This document shows positions 6,530-14,824 of a stretch of 28,944 nt of DNA, one piece after another; positions within the stretch are counted from its first letter, which is position 1; each line of letters begins with the position of its first letter. Source of the DNA: an uncultured Candidatus Saccharibacteria bacterium (GTDB lineage: Bacteria; Patescibacteriota; Dojkabacteria; SC72); contig CAZHSU010000001.1 of the NCBI GenBank assembly GCA_964535095.1, forward strand, positions 1 through 28,944. Direction: 5' to 3'. Position numbers and translations under genes: made by a program. The notes below the pieces were generated by a model. It saw only the letters and a program-made list of their open reading frames with translations. It was not told where the DNA came from and made no database searches.

Positions 6530-9154
6530 GTGATGCCCAAGAAAATTAGAAGCAAAAAATCAAGACAAACATTAGTGATTATTACCAGCCTCTTTCTTGT
6601 GCTTGCATTACCTCTAGCAGTATACAATCTTCAACGGGGATCTTTTGATATGAGAAACCAAGCATACGATATGCTTGAACTAAGTGAAAAGAATCCATGT
6701 ATTATTTCTTTCCCTAGTGTAAATCCATATTCATTAGAAGTTGGGAAGAGTGTTCGTGTACAGGTAGATGCAAAATTCACCAATGCAGGAATAAAGAAAC
6801 TAGACATTTCAGATTCAACAGGAAGAAATATATATACCGAAGAGTTCGATGAAACCCCATTGCAAATGGGGACAAGTTTCATTCTCACACCTGAACAAGA
6901 TGGTCCTGTCGATATCCTCGGCTTAATTGAAAAAACAGATGGAGCAAATGCAGGATGTAAAATTAGCAGCCCATATGATGTAAAGGGCTTAAGAGCAATT
7001 GCAAATAACAGCTCTCCAGAGTTTACTACCAACCCTACACAATCTAAGCCTTCTCAAGATATAAAAACAGGTACACCTTATGAATACAAACTATCCGCCC
7101 ACGATACTGACGGTGATAGAATTAACTATTCATATTCATTTACTCCGAAAGCAGATTGGCTCAAAGCCGTTGTCATTGAAGATGGCTCAAATGGAAAGTT
7201 ATCTCTTGTATTTAAAGGAGATACAGATATGCCCGCAAGCTATTTAGCAAATATCATTATTCATGATGGATACAGTAAAAATGTCAGATCCCAATCTTGG
7301 GTAATAAGTGTAGGACAAAGTGAAAATGACATGCCGAAAGTAAGAGTTCTTAGACCAGAGGATTCTTTGAGACTAGATGCTGGAAGCAATTTTAATACAG
7401 CATGGGAAGTTTCAGATCTTAACCATATTTCTATGTTTGAACTTTTCATGGCAAGAAATGTTGCAGATCAAAGTAGTTGGAAAAAGATAGGTGAAGATCT
7501 TCCATATAATATGCTTGGTTCCTCTGTTTCTACAGAAGATTTAGATTCTGGTACATACAAATTAGTTGTAAGAGCAACAGATAATCAAGATCCTCCCAAA
7601 TCTGGATTTGGAGTATCACCGGAAATTGTCCTTTCTAAACTTTCTGACAATACTCCCCCAAGTGATGATGTCGTGATATTACCAGAACCACAGATTGTTA
7701 ATATGTCGCCATCTGCAGAAGATGTTGTTTCAAATCCTAGAGCAACCATTAAAGGTACTTTAGTAGCAGGAGAAGGAGAAGAAATTAATGAGAACTCAAT
7801 TGTATTCAAGGTAGATGATAAAGATGTTACAGACAAGATGAAAATCAATGAGATCTCACATAGTGAGTATACATTAATCTATCAACCTACTGAGGATTTA
7901 GAAGATGGGAATCACAAGGGAGAGATTAGCTTTGAGGATTCTTCTGGGAAATCTGTTGTAAAGACATGGGATTTCAAGATAAATTCTTCAGCAAATACAG
8001 GTGCTGTATTTAATATCTTCGGGATGGAGATTGCTCAGAGAACTGTATTTATCGTTGGAATTGGGATTCTACTTGTCATTATTGCAGCTTGTGCTCCACT
8101 CCTAATTGCAGCAATCTGGGGAAGAGGGAAGCAGGAGAATAAAGAAACAACATATATGACTAGGAATACACCAGCAAGCATAGAACCTGCGAATTTAAAC
8201 TTTACTCCCCCTCCAGAGGAATCTTATGTAAGAAAAATGGTGGAGGCAGAGGTTACTAAACCATATGTTAATATTGACCCAATGGCTACTACAATTATAG
8301 AAGAGCCTGTTGTTCAAGACACCCCTACTGAGACAGAGATTTATACAAGTCTCCCAGAGATTGTGATTGATGAACCAGAAGTGAAGATTGAGGAAAACAT
8401 AGAGGATATTAACCAACCAATATTTGTTGAAGATCCTAAACCTTACATTGAGAAACAGGAGGAAGTAAAAATAGAAGAACTACCTACACTTGAAGAGGTA
8501 AAACCAGAAGAGCCTGTCTCCGCATTCTATTCAACAACACCTACAGAGCCTATTACAGAGGCTCAAGAGCCAACCATAACACCCTCACAAGAGCCAATAA
8601 TACAAGACCAGCCAGTTGTAGAAGAAATAAAAACAGAGGAACCCATTTCCGCATTCTATTCAACAACAACACCTACAGAGCCTATCACAGAGGCTCAAGA
8701 GCCAACTATAACATCCTCACAAGAGCTAATTATGCAAGCCCCACCAGTTGTAGAAGAAACAAAAGCAGAAGAACCAATATCTGCATTCTACTCAACAACT
8801 CCTCCAACAAAGCCCATTACAGGGGCTGAAGAGCCAACTATAACACCCCTACAACAGCCTATTATACAAGCCCAACCAGTTGTAGGAGAGACAAAAACAG
8901 AAGAACCTGTTTCTGCATTCTACCCAACAACACCTTCAACAGAACCCATTACAGGAGCTCAAGAACCAACTCCTCCACCAACCACCCAACAGCAACAGGA
9001 AGCCGTCATACCAGTACAACCTGCACAACCAATACAAAATGAAGAAAACACAGAAGAAATAATAGAGCCTGAAGCTCCAGATCCATCAGCATTCTTGAAA
9101 ATAGCACAACAAATAGAAGAACAAACATCACAAGAAAATAGTACTAATCTCTAG
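6530..9154 (+). CDS. Large two-TM surface protein with Ig/cadherin-like domains and a Pro/Glu/Thr-rich repeat tail
   Basis: TM1 near residue 15-33. Beta-sandwich units (NSSPEFTT...YEYKLSAHDTDGD; YKLVVRATDNQDPP; PQIVNMSP...LEDGNHKGEISFED). TM2 VFIVGIGILLVIIAACAPLLIAAIW, then about 340 aa of low-complexity tail. Start GTG 6530 or ATG 6533. Confidence 0.8.
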   Translation: MMPKKIRSKKSRQTLVIITSLFLVLALPLAVYNLQRGSFDMRNQAYDMLELSEKNPCIISFPSVNPYSLEVGKSVRVQVDAKFTNAGIKKLDISDSTGRNIYTEEFDETPLQMGTSFILTPEQDGPVDILGLIEKTDGANAGCKISSPYDVKGLRAIANNSSPEFTTNPTQSKPSQDIKTGTPYEYKLSAHDTDGDRINYSYSFTPKADWLKAVVIEDGSNGKLSLVFKGDTDMPASYLANIIIHDGYSKNVRSQSWVISVGQSENDMPKVRVLRPEDSLRLDAGSNFNTAWEVSDLNHISMFELFMARNVADQSSWKKIGEDLPYNMLGSSVSTEDLDSGTYKLVVRATDNQDPPKSGFGVSPEIVLSKLSDNTPPSDDVVILPEPQIVNMSPSAEDVVSNPRATIKGTLVAGEGEEINENSIVFKVDDKDVTDKMKINEISHSEYTLIYQPTEDLEDGNHKGEISFEDSSGKSVVKTWDFKINSSANTGAVFNIFGMEIAQRTVFIVGIGILLVIIAACAPLLIAAIWGRGKQENKETTYMTRNTPASIEPANLNFTPPPEESYVRKMVEAEVTKPYVNIDPMATTIIEEPVVQDTPTETEIYTSLPEIVIDEPEVKIEENIEDINQPIFVEDPKPYIEKQEEVKIEELPTLEEVKPEEPVSAFYSTTPTEPITEAQEPTITPSQEPIIQDQPVVEEIKTEEPISAFYSTTTPTEPITEAQEPTITSSQELIMQAPPVVEETKAEEPISAFYSTTPPTKPITGAEEPTITPLQQPIIQAQPVVGETKTEEPVSAFYPTTPSTEPITGAQEPTPPPTTQQQQEAVIPVQPAQPIQNEENTEEIIEPEAPDPSAFLKIAQQIEEQTSQENSTNL
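8501..8971 (+). repeat. Intragenic tandem repeat of 129-132 nt (43-44 aa), about 3.6 copies
   Basis: Units start at 8501, 8630, 8762 and 8894: K(P/T/A)EEP(V/I)SAFY(S/P)TT..T(E/K)PIT(E/G)A(Q/E)EPT... Confidence 0.95.
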
Positions 9155-9158
9155 AAAT

Positions 9159-9167
9159 TGGTATAAT
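9159..9167 (+). promoter_or_regulatory. Extended -10 of alaS operon (leaderless-type)
   Basis: TG-G-TATAAT, 8 nt before ATG 9176. Confidence 0.7.
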
Positions 9168-9175
9168 CCAACACT

Positions 9176-10918
9176 ATGGAAAAACTCTCGTACAATCAAA
9201 TTTGGCAAAAATATATAGCTTTCTTCGAAAGACATAATCACAAGGCAATCCCAAGTGCCCCACTCGTCCCAGAAAATGACCCCTCAGTACTCTTCGTAAA
9301 TGCTGGAATGTTCCCATTAGTCCCATTCCTAAACGGACAAGAACACCCAGAAGGAAACAGACTAGTAAACATGCAAAGATGTATAAGAACGGGAGATATT
9401 GAAGAAGTTGGAGATCCATACCACTGCACAGCATTCATAATGCTAGGCAACTGGTCCCTAAACGATTACTTCAAAAAAGAAGCCATTGAAATGACAACAC
9501 AATTCTTCGTCGAAGAACTCGGCCTAGATATCCACAGAATGTATGCAACAATATTTGAAGGAGAAGAAAACATACCAAAAGACACAACATCCATAGAAGC
9601 ATGGAAAGAAGTCTTTGCAAAATATGGAATAGAGGCAAAAGAGAATCAAGAAATAAGGCCAAAGGGGAGAGATGAAAACTGGTGGGGATTAGAATCCGGA
9701 GGACCATGTGGACCCGACTCAGAAATCTTCTACGATGCCGGAGATGGAGAATATGTAGAGATTGGAAACAATGTATTCATGGAGTACCAAAAAATTGGTG
9801 GCAATGTTCTTCCTCTTGGAAGACACAATGTAGACTTCGGGGGTGGACTAGAAAGACTCACCGCCCTACTCCAAGGAGTAGACTCTGTATATGAAACGGA
9901 TATATACAAACCAATAACAGAGAAAGTAAAAGAACTCTCAGAGATAGACAACATAGAATCCCAGAGAATCGTTGTAGATCACATCAAAGCGGCTACATGG
10001 ATAATAATGGATGGTGTAGAACCATCAAGAAGCCAGCAAGGATACATATTAAGAAGACTAATCAGAAGAGCCATCAGACATGGCAAAAAGCTAGGGATAA
10101 CCAAACCCTTCACAAAAGAAGTAGCAGCAGTAGCAATAGAACAATTCAAAGAAACATGGCCAAATCTCCAAACAGAAAAAAATCACATACTCCAAGTAAT
10201 TGAAGAAGAAGAAAAAAAGTTTGCAAAAACTCTAGACACAGGACTAAGAATACTAGAAAAAATCTTAGATAAAAATGGCAAAGTAACAGGAAAAGATGCA
10301 TTCCTTCTCTACGAAACATATGGACTTCCAATAGAACTCACAGAAGAAATCTTAAATGAGAAGAATGTAGAATTAGAAAATATTGAAGATTTCAAAAAAG
10401 CAGAAGAAGAACACCAAGAAAAATCTAGAACTGCTTCAAAAGGACTCTTCAAAGGTGGACTTGCAGACACATCTGAGATGTCTACAAAATATCACACAGC
10501 ATCACACCTCCTTCTCGCAGCCCTAAGAAAAGTATTGGGGGAACATGTATACCAAAAAGGAAGCAATATCACTCCAGAAAGATTGAGAATGGACTATCCA
10601 AATGAAACCCTCATGAGTGAAGAGCAGGTAAAAGAAGTAGAAAAAATGGTAAATGAACAGATAGAGAAAGGACTACCCGTCGCACACAAAGAGATGCCAA
10701 AAGAAGAAGCATTGAAATTAGTACCTTTTGCAGCATTTGCAGAAAAATACCCTGACATTGTAAATGTCTACTACATCGGAGATGAAGAAAACCCATTCTC
10801 CATGGAAATCTGTAACGGGCCACATGTAGAAAACATTAAAACCTTGGGAAAATTCAAAATCTCCAAACAAGAAAATGTTGGCTCAGGGATAAAAAGAATT
10901 AAAGCAATATTAGAATAA
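9176..10918 (+). CDS. alaS: Alanine--tRNA ligase, compact 580-aa form
   Basis: Class II motifs (PSVLFVNAGMFPL, QRCIRTGDIEEVG, MLGNWSLNDYFK, VDFGGGLERL, QGYILRRLIRRA) plus editing core HTASH...EICNGPH. Confidence 0.97.
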   Translation: MEKLSYNQIWQKYIAFFERHNHKAIPSAPLVPENDPSVLFVNAGMFPLVPFLNGQEHPEGNRLVNMQRCIRTGDIEEVGDPYHCTAFIMLGNWSLNDYFKKEAIEMTTQFFVEELGLDIHRMYATIFEGEENIPKDTTSIEAWKEVFAKYGIEAKENQEIRPKGRDENWWGLESGGPCGPDSEIFYDAGDGEYVEIGNNVFMEYQKIGGNVLPLGRHNVDFGGGLERLTALLQGVDSVYETDIYKPITEKVKELSEIDNIESQRIVVDHIKAATWIIMDGVEPSRSQQGYILRRLIRRAIRHGKKLGITKPFTKEVAAVAIEQFKETWPNLQTEKNHILQVIEEEEKKFAKTLDTGLRILEKILDKNGKVTGKDAFLLYETYGLPIELTEEILNEKNVELENIEDFKKAEEEHQEKSRTASKGLFKGGLADTSEMSTKYHTASHLLLAALRKVLGEHVYQKGSNITPERLRMDYPNETLMSEEQVKEVEKMVNEQIEKGLPVAHKEMPKEEALKLVPFAAFAEKYPDIVNVYYIGDEENPFSMEICNGPHVENIKTLGKFKISKQENVGSGIKRIKAILE

Positions 10919-10919
10919 T

Positions 10920-11372
10920 ATGCAAATAGAATACCCAATCCTAGCAATAGACTACGGAGACAAACACTTTGGCTTAGCAATTTCGGATTCAAAAGGAATC
11001 ATTGCCTCCCCTCTTGAAGTAATTTCCATCACAAAAAACAAAAACAGAGAAACCATTATTGAAGAAATACTAGAATTAGCCAATGAATACAGAGCAAAAA
11101 GCATTTTAGTTGGAATGCCAGAGGCTTTTATCCAATCTCAACAAAAAACTGTACAAAAGATTCAAAATTTCATAAAACTATTATCCCAAAAGACAAAACT
11201 CCCCATAATCACCTATGATGAGAGTTTCTCTACAACTCGAGCTCAAAATGTGCTAATATCTTCGGGACAAAACACAAAAGGTTCCAGAAGAAAAATAGAC
11301 AAAATCGCAGCAACTGTGTTTTTACAAGAATTTTTAAATTCAGAAACCAAAAACAATGAAAAAAACTCTTAG
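10920..11372 (+). CDS. ruvX: YqgF/RuvX family RNase H-fold protein (pre-16S rRNA maturation nuclease)
   Basis: LAIDYGDKHFGLAISD, VGMP, YDESFST, IDKIAATVFLQEFL; alaS-ruvX-mltG order. Confidence 0.93.
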   Translation: MQIEYPILAIDYGDKHFGLAISDSKGIIASPLEVISITKNKNRETIIEEILELANEYRAKSILVGMPEAFIQSQQKTVQKIQNFIKLLSQKTKLPIITYDESFSTTRAQNVLISSGQNTKGSRRKIDKIAATVFLQEFLNSETKNNEKNS

Positions 11373-12345
11373 TATTGTTCTAATAATCGCAATAATAGCA
11401 GGGATTGGTTTACTCATAGATTACAGAAGTTCCTTGGATAAGCAGAATTCGAAAGATTCAGAAAAGGTCACATTTCAAATAACAGAGGGTGAGGCTGTTG
11501 ATACAATATTAGGAAATTTGGTAGATGAAGGGCTTTTGAGAAAAAGATTTGTAAAATATACAAAAGTATTTCTAAAAGCTTCAAAAATGGAGGGACAGAT
11601 ACAGGCAGGGACATATAATATTCCGAAGAATTTAAGTATCAAAGAATTGATAACAACATTGCAGAACGGGAAGAATCAAGATATTTGGGTAACTATTCAT
11701 GAAGGTTTAAGAAAAGATGAAATTGCAAAGATTTTAAATGATGAATTATCCCAAATTGATACAGCATCCTTTTCAGTGGATGAATTCCTCACACTCACAA
11801 CAGATTCTGAATTTATAAAAACATTAGAATTAGAAATAGATATAAAAGATTTGGAGGGTTTTCTCTTCCCAGATAAGTATGCACTAGACCCAAATAGTAC
11901 TACAAAATCCGTAATTAAAGTATTGGTAGATAATTTCAAGAAAAAAGTTGGTGAGGAGTACACATACGATGATATTATCATGGCAAGTATTGTTGAAAGG
12001 GAAGGATATACAGAGCAAGACAGACCCATTATTGCAGGACTTCTTTTGAAAAGAATAAGGGAGGGATGGTTACTACAAGCAGATGCAACACTACTCTACC
12101 CTGTCAAAGATTGGAAGCATGTGATTACACTGCAAGATAAAGACAATGATAATCCATACAACTCATACAAGAGACCTGGATTACCACCAACTCCAATCTG
12201 CAATCCAGGGCTACAAGCAATTAAGGCAACACAGAATCCAGAAGAAACTCCATACTACTTCTACATTCATGACAACGATGGAGTACCACACTATGCAGTA
12301 ACCAACGAAGAACACAATATTAATGTAAATAAATATCTTAGATAA
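11356..12345 (+). CDS. mltG: Endolytic transglycosylase MltG (YceG family)
   Basis: N-terminal TM, LEGFLFPDKY, MASIVERE (catalytic Glu), LQADAT, NPYNSYKRPGLPPTPICNPG, YYFY. Confidence 0.95.
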   Translation: MKKTLSIVLIIAIIAGIGLLIDYRSSLDKQNSKDSEKVTFQITEGEAVDTILGNLVDEGLLRKRFVKYTKVFLKASKMEGQIQAGTYNIPKNLSIKELITTLQNGKNQDIWVTIHEGLRKDEIAKILNDELSQIDTASFSVDEFLTLTTDSEFIKTLELEIDIKDLEGFLFPDKYALDPNSTTKSVIKVLVDNFKKKVGEEYTYDDIIMASIVEREGYTEQDRPIIAGLLLKRIREGWLLQADATLLYPVKDWKHVITLQDKDNDNPYNSYKRPGLPPTPICNPGLQAIKATQNPEETPYYFYIHDNDGVPHYAVTNEEHNINVNKYLR

Positions 12346-12354
12346 TATTAGTTA

Positions 12355-12360
12355 TATACT
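12355..12360 (+). promoter_or_regulatory. -10 element of LCP-holA (leaderless-type)
   Basis: TATACT, 6 nt before ATG 12367. Confidence 0.55.
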
Positions 12361-12366
12361 GACCCA

Positions 12367-13800
12367 ATGGTACTAGATATAGACCTTAACGAAGGAGAGC
12401 TAAAAAATACACGACCTCAACCACCAAGAAGAGAAAATATTCCCCTTCAAGGCAAAAAGGAGAAGAAAAAGAGACCTTTTGTGAAAGGGCTACTCCTCTT
12501 TTTCCTATTTCTTCTCATTGGGGGAATTGGATTTGCTTCTTGGAAGGGTGTATCAATATCAAATGCTATTGGATTGAAGTTTAACCCAATAGATTTGCTT
12601 AAAGAAGAGAAACCTGAGCTTAAAAAAGATGCCACAGGGAAACATACAAATGTCCTCATTGTCGGAGTAGACAGTAGATCTGGTAATGATATTTCAAATA
12701 CAGATGTCCTCATTGTTGCTTCATATAACTACGAAACAAAAAATGTCACTATGATTTCGATTCCTAGAGACTTCCATGTAGAAATAGACCCCAAGACAAA
12801 ATGGTTCGGCAGAATTAACTCTGTATACTCCTCTGCGGAAAACAGAACAAAAGGGAGTGGTTTCCAAGCATTACAAAAAGCGGTGGAAGATGTAACAGGA
12901 TTGGAAACTCAATACTATGTATTAGTAGACTTCAAAGCTTTTGTAGAGATAATAGATAAAGTAGGAGGAGTGAATGTTAATGTAGAAAATAGTTTTACAG
13001 ACTATCAATATCCTGAAGGATTAGGATGGAAGACAGTAAAGTTCGTAGCAGGACCACAACTAATGGATGGAGAAACCGCATTAATATACTCCAGATCTAG
13101 ACACTCCAGCATGAATAATGAAGGTACCGACTATGCTAGAGCCAAAAGACAACAGAAAGTAATAGTGGGACTCAAGGATAAAATAACAGGTGATGAGACA
13201 CTCAAAGATCCACAGAAAGTTATGGGAGTAATATCTTCTCTTACAAGCAATATCAAAATCTCTGAGTTCACTATTACAGATATAAGAGCAGGTTTAAATC
13301 TTCTAGAAGAATTTACCTCGCAAAATGGCAAATCATACTCTTTTGTCTTAGACCCATACTCAGGAGGACAAGAACTGATAGAAACAAAGACAATGCCAAG
13401 TGGAGCATTCGCAATTGGCCCAAAAGAAGGTCTTGGGAAATATGAAAATATACTTAAATATGTAGGGGAAATAGATAAAAATCCTAAACTATTTTCCGAA
13501 AAACCCATTATCTATGTCCATGATATCGGCTTAGGATATGCAGAAACGACAAAGAAAGTAAAAGAGATGAGAGAAGCGAACCCATATATTCAAATAATTC
13601 AATCAACTACACTATTCAGAGACAAAGAAGGAGATTATGTATACTCCAATGTAGAAGATTATCCTGAAACAATAAATGTATTTGCAAAATATTTAAAAAC
13701 AAGCAATAAAACAAAACCAGAATTCATCACTTCCACAACAAACAGAGAAGGAGTTATAATACTCTTAGGGAAACCAACTCAACTAAGTAATGAAAATTAG
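12367..13800 (+). CDS. LCP (LytR-CpsA-Psr) family glycopolymer transferase
   Basis: TM helix, NVLIVGVDSR, TDVLIV, MISIPRD, GRINSVY, YYVLVDF, ALIYSRSRH, DYARAKRQQ. Confidence 0.93.
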   Translation: MVLDIDLNEGELKNTRPQPPRRENIPLQGKKEKKKRPFVKGLLLFFLFLLIGGIGFASWKGVSISNAIGLKFNPIDLLKEEKPELKKDATGKHTNVLIVGVDSRSGNDISNTDVLIVASYNYETKNVTMISIPRDFHVEIDPKTKWFGRINSVYSSAENRTKGSGFQALQKAVEDVTGLETQYYVLVDFKAFVEIIDKVGGVNVNVENSFTDYQYPEGLGWKTVKFVAGPQLMDGETALIYSRSRHSSMNNEGTDYARAKRQQKVIVGLKDKITGDETLKDPQKVMGVISSLTSNIKISEFTITDIRAGLNLLEEFTSQNGKSYSFVLDPYSGGQELIETKTMPSGAFAIGPKEGLGKYENILKYVGEIDKNPKLFSEKPIIYVHDIGLGYAETTKKVKEMREANPYIQIIQSTTLFRDKEGDYVYSNVEDYPETINVFAKYLKTSNKTKPEFITSTTNREGVIILLGKPTQLSNEN

Positions 13801-14741
13801 TGAAATATAAACTATATCATGGATCTTCTCACTTCCTCTCTTTAGAGGCTACACACGAGCAGATAGATTCAATAAAAAGCAAAAAAGAAGGATTAGAAGT
13901 ATTAACTATAAATGCGGATACTCTAGATTCCCAATCAATACTAGATGCACTAACATCACAAAATCTTTTCGTATCTGAAAGAATACTCTTCATCAAAAGA
14001 CTTTACAGAAACAAGAAAAAAGAAGAATTAATCCCTGCCATTACTAAAATATTGGAAAATTCAACATCAAAAGATACTGTAATCATATGGGAAGACCAAA
14101 AAATCAAATCTAACACAAAATATTACAAATTTTTTGGAAAAGACAAGAAGGTTGAGGGTTTTGATGAATTAAACAAAAGAACCTTCTTCACATGGTTGAG
14201 AGAAGAATTAAAAAAACAGGGGATGAAAATGGAAGCAGTCGCTACAAAAGAGATTGCAGAGAGAACAAATTATGACCCAGAAAGATGTGCAAATGAATTA
14301 AAGAAATTAAAGCTAATGGTTGATGATAACGAGATAAAGAAAGAAGATGTAGAGAAATTAATTACGAATACATTAGAAAGAGATATATGGGGGTTAATAG
14401 AATCAATAAATGAAGGAGACACAAAGAAAAGTACAAGAATTTTAGAAAAATTGCTTTCTCAAGCTGTAGATGTCAATTTCATCATCTCAATGATTGCAAG
14501 AAATTTAAGATTAATTACATTAACAAAATTTCTAGTTAATGAGGGAAAATCATCAAGTGAGATTGCATCCATTCTAAAAATAATCCCATTCACAGTCCCA
14601 TCATTGATAAGGGCATCCAAAGATTACTCCGAAAAGAAAATTACATACCTTTATACAAAACTTTCAAATCTAGACTACCAGATAAAAAGAGGGCTCATAG
14701 AGCCAAAACTAGGAATCACCCTACTCTCTTCCGTATTATAA
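13800..14741 (+). CDS. holA: DNA polymerase III delta subunit
   Basis: QNLFVSERILFIK, ELKKL, IWGLIESI, LSNLDYQIKRG pattern; about 310 aa; GTG start overlaps the LCP stop. Confidence 0.85.
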   Translation: MKYKLYHGSSHFLSLEATHEQIDSIKSKKEGLEVLTINADTLDSQSILDALTSQNLFVSERILFIKRLYRNKKKEELIPAITKILENSTSKDTVIIWEDQKIKSNTKYYKFFGKDKKVEGFDELNKRTFFTWLREELKKQGMKMEAVATKEIAERTNYDPERCANELKKLKLMVDDNEIKKEDVEKLITNTLERDIWGLIESINEGDTKKSTRILEKLLSQAVDVNFIISMIARNLRLITLTKFLVNEGKSSSEIASILKIIPFTVPSLIRASKDYSEKKITYLYTKLSNLDYQIKRGLIEPKLGITLLSSVL

Positions 14742-14751
14742 AATTTCATCA

Positions 14752-14780
14752 TTGACAGAAAACAGTTATTTTATTAGACT
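14752..14780 (+). promoter_or_regulatory. Sigma70 promoter of the 14825 gene
   Basis: TTGACA-17 nt-TAGACT. Confidence 0.65.
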
Positions 14781-14824
14781 TTACTAAGGCTAATACTGCT
14801 AATTTTGGGAGTACCGAAGACATT

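Noticed and set aside
8501-8971. EEPISAFY as a CagA-type EPIYA effector motif
   Set aside because: Only superficial similarity; the protein is membrane-anchored with no sign of translocation.
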